Source of the DNA: Chiloscyllium plagiosum
Taxonomy: Eukaryota
Direction of reading: 5' to 3'
Length of the DNA stretch: 64,000 nucleotides
NCBI RefSeq assembly: GCF_004010195.1
Contig: NC_057750.1
Location: 5,606,595-5,670,594, forward strand
Shown in pieces: positions 11,656 to 22,708 of this stretch. The stretch's first letter is position 1. The number at the start of each line of letters is the position of its first letter. The notes beneath the pieces are model-generated. The model saw only the letters and a program-made list of their open reading frames with translations. It searched no databases and was not told where the DNA came from. A program made the translations under genes and the position numbers.

Positions 11656-11747
11656 CATTGAAAGGATCGATCCCAAGTTTCAGTCGGTGTTCCAGGGCTT
11701 TCCCAATTTCTTTCTTCTTCATGCACTGAATACCCAGATTGGCAAAA
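11656..11747 (-). CDS. RELB: RELB RHD exon: (S)[30 protein letters not shown]
   Basis: F-x-NLGIQC and GIDP motifs of RelB. Acceptor ttctatctttcAG, donor ATG|GTGAGT; 92 nt, phase 2 to 1. Confidence 0.96.
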
Positions 11748-11919
11748 CTGAAAGATAGAAAGAGAGGGAGCAGTGTGAGTAGCCAAATGTGCCATACAGA
11801 GACAAAGCATAACTGCAGGTCTGGCCAATAGCCAGCAACACAGTAGTTACAGAACTGGACTGCCGATCCAGGAGGTCGTAGGTTCACCAATGCAGCTACA
11901 CCATAAATCTCCAAACTTG

Positions 11920-13620
11920 TGTGGAAACAGCCATGGACAGCAGAGCACTGCCATCTTTTGCAGAAGGAAAGCTGTCACTTGTGGAGGGGTTGGTGGGGGT
12001 TCTAGGACTCCCCCTAAGGATGGGAGAGACAGAAACCCTCATCGCATTGAAGAAGGATTTAGAAATACACTTGCGATACCAAGGCTATAGGCCAAGTGTT
12101 GCAAAGTGGGATTAGAATAGTGAGGTGGTGGATTTTGAATGGTGCAGACTAGATGGGCCAAAGGGCCTTTTTCATCATAAAGCAACTAGTTCACGCCAGC
12201 CATGTTCCCATACCAAACTAGTCCCAGTTGCCTGTGTTTGACCCATCTCTCTCCAAACCTTTCCGATTCATGTATCTGTCCATATTTCTTTTAAATGTTG
12301 CAACCTTACCTGTATCCACCACTTCCTCTGACAGTTCATTCTCCACATGAACCACTCCCTGTGTAAAAAAGGTCCCCTTGTGTCTTTTTGAAAACTTTCT
12401 CCTCTCATCTTAAACATATGCCCCCCACCTTAGGAAAAAGAGCTTTGATGTTCACCTTCTATGGGCACCTCGCGATTTTAGAAACCTCTATAGGGTCATC
12501 TCCATGCTCCAGTGAAAAAAAGTCCCAGCCTATCTTTATAAGTCCTTCCATTCCCAGCAACATCATGGTAAATCTTTCCTGAACTCTTTCTAATTTACGA
12601 ATATATTTCCCTGTTGTAGGAAGTTCACAGTACCCCAGAAGAGGCTTCACCAACATCCTGTTCAATCTCAACATGACATCCCCACAGAGAGTGTGATAGC
12701 ACTGGAGACAGTGCAGAGCAGATTTACCAGGATATGGCCTGGGCTGGACAGTTTCAGTTATGAAGGGAGACTGGACAGCTTTGGGTTGTTTTCCTTGATG
12801 CAGAGGAGGCTGAGAGGGGACGTGATTGAAATGTATAAATTACGAAAGGGTACAGATAGCATAGACAGAGTCAGATAGCACAGTCTTTTCCCTGGGGTGG
12901 GGGAGTCCAGAACTAGAGGGCATAGGTTTAGGGTGAGAGGGGAAAGATATAAAAGAGACCTAAGGGGCAACTTTTTCACACAGAGGGTGGTACATGTATG
13001 AAATGAGCTGCCAGAGGAAGTGGTGGAGGCTGGTACAATTGCAACGTTTAAGAGGCATCTGGATGGGTATATGAATAGGAAGGGTTTGGAGGGATATGGG
13101 CCAGGTGCTGGCAGGTGGGACTACATTGGGTTGGGATATCTGGTTGGAATGGATGGGTTGGACCAAAGGGTCTGTTTCCGTGCTGTATGTCTCTATGATA
13201 ACAGACCATTCAGTCAGACTCATTCTTGCCGATCAGACATCCCAATCTGAACTAGTCCCATTGGACAGCATTTGGCCCACATCTCTCTGAACCTTTCCGA
13301 TTCACATATCCATCGGGAAGAAACTTTTCCCCCGTGATAGAGGGTACTTTAAGGTAAGGGGCAGGAGCACTAGAGGAGATGTGAGGAAACATTTTTATTT
13401 CCACCAGAGGGTGGTTTGTATCTGGAACTCCCCCTCAGTGTGGGAGGGGCAGAAACCCACATCACATTGAAGAAGGATTTAGATATGCAGCACCTGCGAT
13501 GCCGAGACTGCAGGCCAAGTGCTGCAGAGTGGGATTAGAATAGTTAGGTGGTTGACTTTGACTGGTGCAGACTAGATGGGCCAAAGGGCCTTTTATTGTG
13601 CTGTAGACCTCACTGACTAG
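11920..13620. mobile_element. Cluster of CR1-type LINE 3' fragments in both orientations
   Basis: LERVQERFT, LRGDVIEMYK and RGHRFRVRGE-type remnants on alternating strands. Confidence 0.8.
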
Positions 13621-14574
13621 TAGCTGGTCTTGTCTACACGTGCCATTAACCCTACATTGGATCTCAAAAATATAAGAAAAGGAGATCTCACTCAATAACT
13701 GTAAAAAGGGTGTAGGTACAAACAGAAGCCAGGCTGGACATTGGCTAATGACTTTCTTTTTAAAATTCATTTATGGGATGTGGGTGTCACTTTAATTACC
13801 CATTTATTGCCCATCCCTAATTGCCCAGAGGGCATTAAAGAGTCAACCCCATTGCTGTGGGTCTGGAGTCACATGTAGGTCAGACCAGGTAAGGATGGCA
13901 GTTCCCTTCCCTGAAGGACATCAGTGAACCAGATTGGCTTTTCCCAGCAATCCACAATGAGTTCATGGTCATCACTAGACACTTAATTCCAGATATTTTA
14001 TAGAATTCAAATTCTACCATTTGCCAATCGAGATTCCCAGCCTGTGTCTGGATTAATACACCAATGAGGCCATGAGTCTATAATGCTCACACAATAATGC
14101 TCACAGGAGGACAGCGCAATGTCACTATCGCAGTGGTATAGAGGCCTCAGGCTGGTGCTCTGGGGCATGGGTTCCAATCCCATCTCAGCAGCTGTTCAGA
14201 GAGTCAGTGTGGGCCAAATGCTATGTTTCCACACTGTTAGGATTCTGTGGGCACAGCTTCAAAATAAGGGGGTCAGCCGTTTAGGCCACGAGTTTTTTTT
14301 CCCAGATGGTTGTGAATCTTTGACACTCTCCATAATGTTCCACATTCTCAATTACTGACTACATTCAAGGCAAGGGGTTAAAAAGGTTTTTCAATTCATT
14401 AGGGAAGTGTGATGGGATGTGTGTAAAGTAGAGGGAAGTGCAGCTAAAGTAGATCAATGATGGTCTTGTTGAATGGTATAGCAAACTCAAGGGGCTGAGT
14501 GGCCTATTCCTCCTATTTATGTTCTCTCCAGCATAGGGCTACACTGCAAAGAGGGAATGAAACAACAAGGAAGA

Positions 14575-14915
14575 GGAGGGGGGGGGAGAAAAAAAGAGAG
14601 AGAGAGAGAGAGAAGAAGACACATGGGGGAGAGAGAGATAGACAGAGACACAGACGGAAAGAGATAGATGGAGAGTGACAGAGACATGGACAGGTAGAGA
14701 GAGATAGAGAGGGGTGGACACTGACAGGAGAGAAACATAGACAGAGAGGGGAGGAGACAAGGCAGGGAAGAGTGACAGAGACACAGACGGGGAGAGGGAG
14801 ACAGAGACCAGGACAGGGAGAGAGAGATAGACTGAGACACAGACACAGATAGGGTCAGAGATATAGATAGAGAGAGGGGGAGACAAGACAGAGAACATAC
14901 AGAAACAGAAAGATG
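14575..14915. repeat. GA-rich low-complexity tract (similar tracts at 9607-9680, 20660-20790, 21750-21990)
   Basis: (GA)n/(GACA)n mosaic. Confidence 0.9.
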
Positions 14916-14971
14916 GTAGATGAACAAACGAAAATTCATTTATCTTTGTAGTCTCACACTCCAGCTAATAA

Positions 14972-15086
14972 AGTGCCTGTTGGTGCTGAGTCATTCTGTA
15001 TACAATACAGTGCAGCTAATACTGTATTGTATACAGTGTTAGCTGCACTGTATTGTATACAGAATGACTCAGCACCAACAGGCACT
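14972..15086. repeat. Near-perfect palindrome (48-bp perfect arms, 1 mismatch, 7 more bp, 3-nt loop)
   Basis: 14972-15019 is the exact reverse complement of 15039-15086; inner actgtat-tgt-atacagt. Confidence 0.95.
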
Positions 15087-15129
15087 GTAGCTAACACTGA
15101 CTCCTGACTACAGGCAGCTCCTTGCTTAC

Positions 15130-15281
15130 CTGGCTTTCATGTTGCACTTGGGACTGACAGTTACTTCACAGATGCCGTTTTGACAGTCTTTCCCCACAAG
15201 ACTATGGGGGTGCGGCTTGTATGGTTCATCTTTGGTCACCAAGGAAATGATCACCTTGACCTCGCCTTGCCAATTCTGGAT
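15130..15281 (-). CDS. RELB: RELB RHD exon: IQNWQGEVKVIISLVTKDEPYKPHPHSLVGKDCQNGICEVTVSPKCNMKA(S)
   Basis: Hand translation (not in the ORF track) gives the HPHSLVGKDC motif. Acceptor ctcttctctccAG, donor CAG|GTAAGC; 152 nt, phase 0 to 2. Confidence 0.96.
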
Positions 15282-15859
15282 CTGGAGAGAAGAGAGCAAC
15301 GCACAATTCAGCCACTAATCCCAAAACAGTTTAATCCCACCAGTTATCCAAAGTGGAGGAAGAGATTTAAAAATAATACTCTGGTGATGAGACAAAATGA
15401 AACACTAAGCGAGACCAGGGCAGTTGACCAAACGCTTGCTGAAAGGAACATCTTAAATGGAGGAGAGAGTAGAGGGGTTTTGGGAAGGAATGCAGGGCTT
15501 CAGACTCAGGAAGCTGCCAGTGTTGGAACGATGAACTACATGGATTTGCAAGGTGGAGTGCAGGAATCTGGGAAGATTGCGGAATTGGGGGAAGTTTCAG
15601 AAAGAATGTGGGGCCAGGCCGAGGAGGGATTTGAAAACCTTAGGGTTAGGGCTCCTGGAAACAATGGAATTCATTTCCTGGGGTCTTCCTCCCCAGTTGC
15701 AATCTTAAAAGTTGCGAAGGGGTTTGTTAGGGTAGGTGTGGTGAAGATGTTAGCCAATGCCGGGAGAAGAGAAATGAGCTGGGGGGCCGTAGATACAAGG
15801 TAGTTACTAATAAATCCAGCTGAGAATAGAGAGAAAACCTCTTCGCTTATAGAACGGTT

Positions 15860-16225
15860 CGGTGTGGGCTGAAGTCCCACATTGTGGACTCGAGCAGCAA
15901 GACAAGACCTCAGGGCCAATATAGAGGGTGTGCTGCACTGTTGCGATGTTACATTCCTCAGATAAGGAGGTTAAATCTAAAAGACTCATGTTATTTCAAA
16001 CATGAACAGGATAGTCCTCCCCAGCAACCCAGGAAACATCCAACGCCCAGCCAACATGTTCAAGAAGAGGTAAAGAATGTGTCGTCGCTGCTAATGGGAT
16101 CTTGCTGTGCACAAGTTGCTTCTGTGTTTCTGACACCACACCAGTGGCTTCAAAAAAGTAGCTCACTGGCTGTGTGGTGCCTTGAGGTCATGAACGGTGC
16201 TACAGAAATGCAAGCTCTTTCTCTC
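15860..16225 (+). mobile_element. Old DeuSINE-like (SacSINE1-like) element; similar remnants at about 4640-5050, 53780-53900, 55460-55700 and 57640-57900
   Basis: gggatcttgctgtgcacaag...gaggtcatgaacggtgctacagaaatgcaag resembles the Deu domain and tail; recognised from memory only. Confidence 0.45.
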
Positions 16226-16694
16226 AATCTTTCAGTTCATCCCTGCAAGCACTTGTCCTTGTGCTCCACCACAGGCTGAAGGGTAATTCAAGATACATGT
16301 AACAAACAAACCACGGGCAGGTACGATGGAATCCCCCCCCCAAGAAAATCTCCCTCTCTTGGCCGCACCCAGTCACCATGGGAATGCACCTAAGCATTGT
16401 GCCTCAAACTCCCAGCTAAAATCCCCCTGAGTATTCCACTCTGACCAAAACGGCACAAATAAAACTCATGGAAAAACGGTCATCTCAAAACTCGGTGTTT
16501 TAGCCACACGGAATGAATCTTGACCAGCTCTTAGCCAGCAAGCATCCACGTTGCTTTACACATCCTGACTAACACAACAACACTGAACAGCCTTAGCTCA
16601 GCACTCCAGCCCTTTCGGGTTTGCTCCTTGATGTTATCAGAAACAAAATGGCCTTACTCATTATCAAACTCTCAACCTGCCAGTGGTCAATGGA

Positions 16695-17165
16695 CCTTTA
16701 CTCTGTATCTAACCCCATGCTATACCTGTCCTGGGAGTGTAGAGGGAACTTTACTCTGTATCTAACCCCACACTATACCTGTCCTGGGAGTATTTGATAA
16801 AGACCATGCAAAGGGATGTTTACTCTATTTCTAAGCCCGTGCTGTACCTGTGCTGGGATGTTTGATGGGGACAGTATAGAGGAAGCTTTACTCTATACAT
16901 AACCCCGCACTGTACCTGTCCTGGGAGTATTTGATAAAGACCATGCAGATTGAGCTTTACTGTGTATTTAACCCCATACTGTCCCTGTCCTGGGATGATG
17001 ACGTGCAGAGGGAGTTTTACTATGTATCTAACCCCATGCTATCCCTGTCCTGGAATTGTTTTATGAAGACAGTGCAGAGGGAGCTTTACTGTGTATCTGA
17101 CCCTGTGCAGTACCTGTCCTGGGACTGTTTGATGAAGACAGTGTGGAAGGAGCTTTACTCTGCAT
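16695..17165 (+). repeat. Degenerate ~69-bp minisatellite, about 7 units (ctttactctgtatctaaccccgtgctgtacctgtcctgggagtgtttgatggggacagtgtagagggag)
   Basis: Recurring ctttactctgtatctaacccc...cctgtcctggga units. Confidence 0.9.
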
Positions 17166-18259
17166 TTAAACAGAGCCCTCGGGCAGGAGGTTTGAAATCC
17201 CACCATGGCAGCTGGTGGAAATCAAATTCAATTAATAAATTTGGATTATAAAGATAATTTCAATGAAGATGACCACAAAACTATTGATTGCCATACCAAC
17301 CCACCCAGTTCACTAATGGCCTTTAGGGAAGGAAATGTGGCATCCTTATCTGGTCTGACTACATGTGACTCCAGACCCGTGGCAACAGGGTTGACTCATA
17401 ACTGCCCTCTGGGTCAATTAGGGATGGGCAATAAATGCTGACCCAACCAGCAACAGCTGTATCCCATGAATGAATAATACAAGTTAAAGATATTTTTAAA
17501 ACCAGTCCTCGCTAGTATTTATGTTCCACCCCATCCTATTAGCATAATATGCTTTTCCTTTGTCCTCACAAGCTTCCCATGAAATACATCTGAAATATTC
17601 AACCATTCTCTGTGAAATCAAGTTCCTCATTCTCAACACTGTCTGGGTGAAGAGATTTCTCCTGAATGCCTGACTGAGTGATTATATCCCTCCCAACCCC
17701 AATTGCTTGACTGATTCCTAGGATGAAGGATTTTTCTCTTGAGACAGTTGAATAGGTTGGGCGTGTGTTTGGATAGAGCTGGAACACACTTGATCCTGAG
17801 GGGGAAGTTGATGGGAGGAGAGTTGAGAGGATATTTCCTCTTGTGGGAGAGACTGGAATGAGGGAAGACAGGTTCAAAATGAGCTGTTGCCTATTTAAGA
17901 TCACTGGGCTAGTAATACAGAGGCCCAGACAAAAGCTTTGGGGTTCAAATCCCACTGCAGTAGTTGGTGGATTTCAAACTTCAATTGATAAAATCTACAG
18001 TGGAGAGCTAGGCTCAGTGAGAGGTGCTGAGAAACTATTGACAATTTATGTAAAAAAAAAACTCATCTAGGTCACTAATGCCCTTCAGGGAAGGAAATCC
18101 ACTGCTTTTACTCGGTCTGACCTACACATAACTCCAGGCCCACAGCAGCGTGGTTGATTTTCAACCGAGTGGATCAAGCCACTCAATTCAGGAGCAGCTA
18201 GAGACGGTGAAAATGTGCTGGCAAGGGGCCAAAGTTGGAGCAGGAGGGCAGAGAACTTA

Positions 18260-18580
18260 GGATGGCATGGTGGTTAGCACTGCTGCCTCATAGCGCCAGG
18301 GACCTGGGTTCAATTTCAGCCTGGGGTGACAGTCTGTGTGAAGTTTGCATGTTCTCCCTGTGTCTGCATGGGTATCCTCCAGGTGCTCCGGTTTCCTCCC
18401 ACAGTCCAAAGGATGTGCAGGTTAGGGTGGATTAGCCATGCTAAATTGTCCCATAGTGTGCAGGCTAGCTGGTTTTGCCATGGGCTTATGGGGATCTAGG
18501 AGGGATGCTGTTTGGAGGGTGGGTGGAGTCACATTGGGCTGAATGGCTGCTAGCTGCATAGTAGGGATGCTATGGTTCTA
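18260..18580 (+). mobile_element. HE1-type V-SINE
   Basis: tggttagcactgctgcctca...ggttcaattt...ggtttcctcccacagtccaaa. Confidence 0.8.
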
Positions 18581-18949
18581 ATTTGGATGGTTGTGGGGCC
18601 AAAGGTGGTTATGTAGACAGGTCAGGGCTGAAGGGATTGGAAAGGAAGGCAAGAGAGTTGTCGAGGTTGATGGAGTCAGTCAGTGAGCACATGGGGTGAA
18701 GGGCATGGAGCGAGTAAGGCCACATTCGGGATAACCTCAAGAGGGTGGAATGCGGTGAGTGGGCTCAAAGGGAGTATGCCTAGCTGCTTATGGAATTAAC
18801 AGAGAAAGAGAGATGGACAAGGGTTTCACCAGCTGAGGTAACCCTTGGGGACAATTTCTGGAGCAGTGGGCTCAGGACCAGCATCCTGGATACAGCAGCT
18901 AACGCTCGCCCCAGCCCCCACCCCCGAAGGCACAACATGGCGGCTTCAC

Positions 18950-19587
18950 CTGGATGGTCGGGAGAGTCTTGGTTTGCTCCGTTGTGTTCTCTCCGGGGAT
19001 GCTTCCCGCCGAACGGCCCTCACACTCGTAGCGAAACCTCATCCCCCGCTGCTTGGGCTGCTCCACGATGACCAGCTTTGGCATCTCCTCCTTCACGAAA
19101 ACCCCGGACAACGGGAGGCCAAAGTGCCTGGAGCTCGCGCGGGACGAGGGCGGGTCCACCCGCCTCCCCCCTCGGTACGGCATCTTCCGCTTCGTGTCCT
19201 GCGCCTGGTTGTCCTTCCTGACCAGCTGAGGGGAGCCCGTGCCCCTGCTGACCAGCTGAGGGGGCCCTGTGCCCCTGCTGACCAGCTGAGGGGAACCTGT
19301 GCCCCTGCTGACCAGCTGAGGGGAGCCCGTGCCCCTGCTGACCAGCTGAGGGGACCCTGCACCCCTCTTGACCAGCTGAGGGGACCCTGCGCCCCTGCTG
19401 ACCAGCTGAGGGGAGCACGTGTCCATTGGCATCAGCTCCACTGGTGAGGCTGCCCATCCTGGGATGTGGTTCATGAGTTGGTTCCTGATCTCTCCGATGT
19501 GGGGGTTGGTGAAATCACAAGGCACGGAGTTCCTGTTTTGCCCTTCTTCAAGATCTTTCAAAATAAATTCATTCAACACGTTCAGAT
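18950..19587 (-). CDS. RELB: RELB exon: N-terminal region with LVSRG repeat array and start of the Rel homology domain
   Basis: Encodes [12 protein letters not shown]...([10 protein letters not shown])n...[50 protein letters not shown] (E, not K) and LVSRG are RelB hallmarks. Acceptor tttttaaccttccAG, donor CAG|GTGAAG; 638 nt, phase 1 to 0. Confidence 0.95.
19211..19414 (-). repeat. Coding 30-bp minisatellite, 6 full units plus 1 partial, encoding (S/P)PQLV(S/K)RG(A/T)G
   Basis: ctgaccagctgagggg recurs exactly every 30 nt on the + strand, in frame with the RHD. Confidence 0.97.
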
Positions 19588-20751
19588 CTGGAAGGTTAAA
19601 AAGAGAGAGGGATACAGGAAAACTTGAGAGAACGTCAACTCGCGCTCCCTTGATGCTGGTGCAGACAATAGCTGACCTTTGAAGTGCATGCTCTCTGAAT
19701 TGGCCCGGGGATATGATCGCAGAAGCTACAACTGGCTTCAATCCCCAAGAGCTGGAGGCAAACTCAGAGCGGGTTAGCCTCGAGTGAGGCATCCCACCGT
19801 CACAAGTCATTGTAGAATCCACCCACTGGATACCATCAATTAAACAATGGAAGCAAAATTCAATCAGTTACTAAATTCAGTTTCTTTTAAGAAATCTGGA
19901 ATTGAAAGCTAGTGGTGACCATGAACAGTTGGTTACACAGACCCATCTGGTTCACCACGGGAAGGAAATCTGCTTCCCTGACCCGGTCTGGCCTACACGT
20001 GACTCCAGACCCACAGTGATGTGGCTGACTCAACTCCCCTCTGAAATGACCCAAACAAGATACTCAGTTCAGGGACAATTAGGAAAGGGCAATTTTGCCA
20101 GTAATATCCACGTGCCGTGAACAAATATTCTTAAAAATTAAAAGTGCAGTTGTGGAATAGTATTTCTCAGCAGGGGGTCATTCGGCCCGTCACATTGGTA
20201 CTGGCTTTTTCCAAAGGGCAATCCATTTTGTCCAACTCCATGCTCCTTTCCCCATATCCTGGATTGCTATCCTTCTCCTTAGAGACAATTCAGGGCTGCT
20301 AATGAACCTTCCTCACACTGTCAGCAGCACAATCCAAATCCTAACCACTCGCTATCTTAAATTTCTGCCTTCTGTCTACTGACCCTGCACCAGGGCAAAT
20401 TTTTGCATCTTATTTGTGATTTCCATTTTCGCTTCTCTGCCCCAAGGTGAGCTACCTCTGTTACTCTACTCTATGGAAGTATCTAATCTGGAACCATGTC
20501 ATATTGTTGGTATGATTCACTGGGGAGTGGGGACATTAGCTGGGAGACTATATATCTGGCTGCAACAAGTGTGGTCTGCCAATGTGAAATATCCACACTG
20601 GACTGGTGTGCAGGGGTCGGAGGTCGGGTTGTGGGGATGAGTGAGAAAACCAAAGATCGTGAGACAGCATGATAGAGAGAGGGAGAGCCAAAGACAGCGA
20701 GAGAGAGAAAGCAACAGAGAGACAGAGAAAGGGAAACAAAGACAATGAGAG

Positions 20752-20787
<36 letters not shown>

Positions 20788-21058
20788 CAGATACAAACAG
20801 GTGCTAAGGAAAGATATGGTGAGAATAAAGAGGTGATATTCACCATTTCAGTTGTCCTGAGCTCTCTCCCGCTCTCCCATTTGGGACAGACTCTGCTCTA
20901 GGAGCTTGCTTTAGGAAGGACTGGTTCAGGGAGGGGGTGAGGTTAAAGGATCAAAACTGGGACTGAGATTCAAACACTGCCCACGCTCTCACACACAGAC
21001 AGACAGAAACACACAGATACTCACCCCCTGCTCAGTACACACGGGACAATGGCTGCCA

Positions 21059-21748
21059 NNNNNNNNNNNNNNNNNNNNNNNNNNNNNNNNNNNNNNNNNN
21101 NNNNNNNNNNNNNNNNNNNNNNNNNNNNNNNNNNNNNNNNNNNNNNNNNNNNNNNNNNNNNNNNNNNNNNNNNNNNNNNNNNNNNNNNNNNNNNNNNNNN
21201 NNNNNNNNNNNNNNNNNNNNNNNNNNNNNNNNNNNNNNNNNNNNNNNNNNNNNNNNNNNNNNNNNNNNNNNNNNNNNNNNNNNNNNNNNNNNNNNNNNNN
21301 NNNNNNNNNNNNNNNNNNNNNNNNNNNNNNNNNNNNNNNNNNNNNNNNNNNNNNNNNNNNNNNNNNNNNNNNNNNNNNNNNNNNNNNNNNNNNNNNNNNN
21401 NNNNNNNNNNNNNNNNNNNNNNNNNNNNNNNNNNNNNNNNNNNNNNNNNNNNNNNNNNNNNNNNNNNNNNNNNNNNNNNNNNNNNNNNNNNNNNNNNNNN
21501 NNNNNNNNNNNNNNNNNNNNNNNNNNNNNNNNNNNNNNNNNNNNNNNNNNNNNNNNNNNNNNNNNNNNNNNNNNNNNNNNNNNNNNNNNNNNNNNNNNNN
21601 NNNNNNNNNNNNNNNNNNNNNNNNNNNNNNNNNNNNNNNNNNNNNNNNNNNNNNNNNNNNNNNNNNNNNNNNNNNNNNNNNNNNNNNNNNNNNNNNNNNN
21701 NNNNNNNNNNNNNNNNNNNNNNNNNNNNNNNNNNNNNNNNNNNNNNNN
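21059..21748. other. Assembly gap inside a RELB intron
   Basis: Run of N. Confidence 1.
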
Positions 21749-22672
21749 AACAACAGAGAGACAGAGAGGGAGACAAAGACAATGAGAGAGAGAGCAAAAG
21801 AGAACGAGAACGAGAGAAAAAGAGTGAGAGCCCAAAAAGAGACAGAGAGAGAGAGAGTGAATGAGAGAGCAAGAAAGAGAGAGAGAAAGCAAAAGCAAAC
21901 AAGATGGAGAAAGCAAAAGAACACAATAGTCATAGTCATACAGAGAGAGCAAAAGAACATGAGAGACAGCACAAGACAGAGACACGGAGCATAAGATTTC
22001 CTGGCCTTACCTTTCACTGACTCTCTGTAGAGAAATTCAGGTTAGCCGACATTTACTGTCCATCCCTAGTTGCCCCTTGAGAAGGTGAGCTGCCTTTTTG
22101 AACTGCTGCAGACCATGTGCTGTAAGGACAGCCAAAATGCCTTTGGGGAGGGAATTCCAGGGTTGGACCCAGCAACAGTGGGCAACATATTTCCAAGTCA
22201 GGATGATGAGTGACTTGGAGGGGAACGTGCACATGGTGGTGTTCCCATGTATCTGCTGCCCTTGCCCTTCTAGATAAAAGTGGTCATGGATTTGGAAGGT
22301 GCTGTCTAAGGAGACTTGATGAGTTACTGCAGCGAATCTTACAGATGGTACACACTGTTGTCATTGAGCTTTGGAGTGAGTGAATATTAGAATTGGGGGT
22401 GGAGTGGTGCTAATTAACCAGGATTGCTATGTCCTGCATGATATTGAGCCTCTCGAATGTTGTTGGAACTGCACTTGTCCAGGCAAGTGGGGAGTATTCC
22501 ATCACACTCCTGACTTGTGCCTTGTTGTTGGTGGACAGATATCAGAGAGTCAGGGGTCGAACTGCTAATGACAGAAACTGACTGAAACCGTAACTCTCTG
22601 ACTTGACAGCTGTGACAGTGGCAAATAACTGATCTTGCAGACGTGAGGAGGAATTTCTTCAGTTGTACTCAC

Positions 22673-22708
22673 CGAAATTCTGGTCCTGCTGTATTGATCC
22701 TGTGGCAC
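22673..22708 (-). CDS. RELB: RELB small coding exon 2 (putative): (G)ATGSIQQDQNF(D)
   Basis: Strong acceptor tctcccgtctccttcttccAG and donor TCG|GTGAGT; 36 nt, symmetric phase 1-1, open in the required frame. Confidence 0.65.

Noticed and set aside
15180..15803. 207-aa plus-strand ORF
   Set aside because: Antisense to a RELB exon and running into degraded repeat sequence; no recognisable domain.
16695..17165. CRISPR-like array or coding repeat (ORF 16931-17251)
   Set aside because: Whole units are degenerate copies without spacers; it is a minisatellite with no splice or homology support.
19211..19414. CRISPR-like array
   Set aside because: No unique spacers, eukaryotic context, and it is an in-frame coding tandem repeat.
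18845..19457. Overlapping ORFs on + ([10 protein letters not shown] repeats) and in other minus frames across the minisatellite
   Set aside because: They are shadows of the GC-rich, stop-free 30-bp repeat; only the frame continuous with the RHD and bounded by splice sites is supported.
885..19587. Calling the gene RELA or REL
   Set aside because: RYECEG, HPHSLVGKDC, GIDPFN, DMNVVR, RQIAIVF, the long N-terminal extension and LVSRG all point to RELB despite some RelA-like residues.
19588..19822. N-terminal part of the 307-aa ORF ([10 protein letters not shown]...)
   Set aside because: It lies upstream of a clear polypyrimidine/AG acceptor at 19588-19589, so it is intron read-through.
20844..20920. 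Exon-like segment (ccAG...ATG|GTGAAT) on minus
   Set aside because: Its only open frame ends in phase 2, incompatible with the phase-1 acceptor at 19587.
20989..22017. Long ORFs spanning N runs (also 62438-63133)
   Set aside because: Artefacts of gaps and low-complexity GA/CT tracts.
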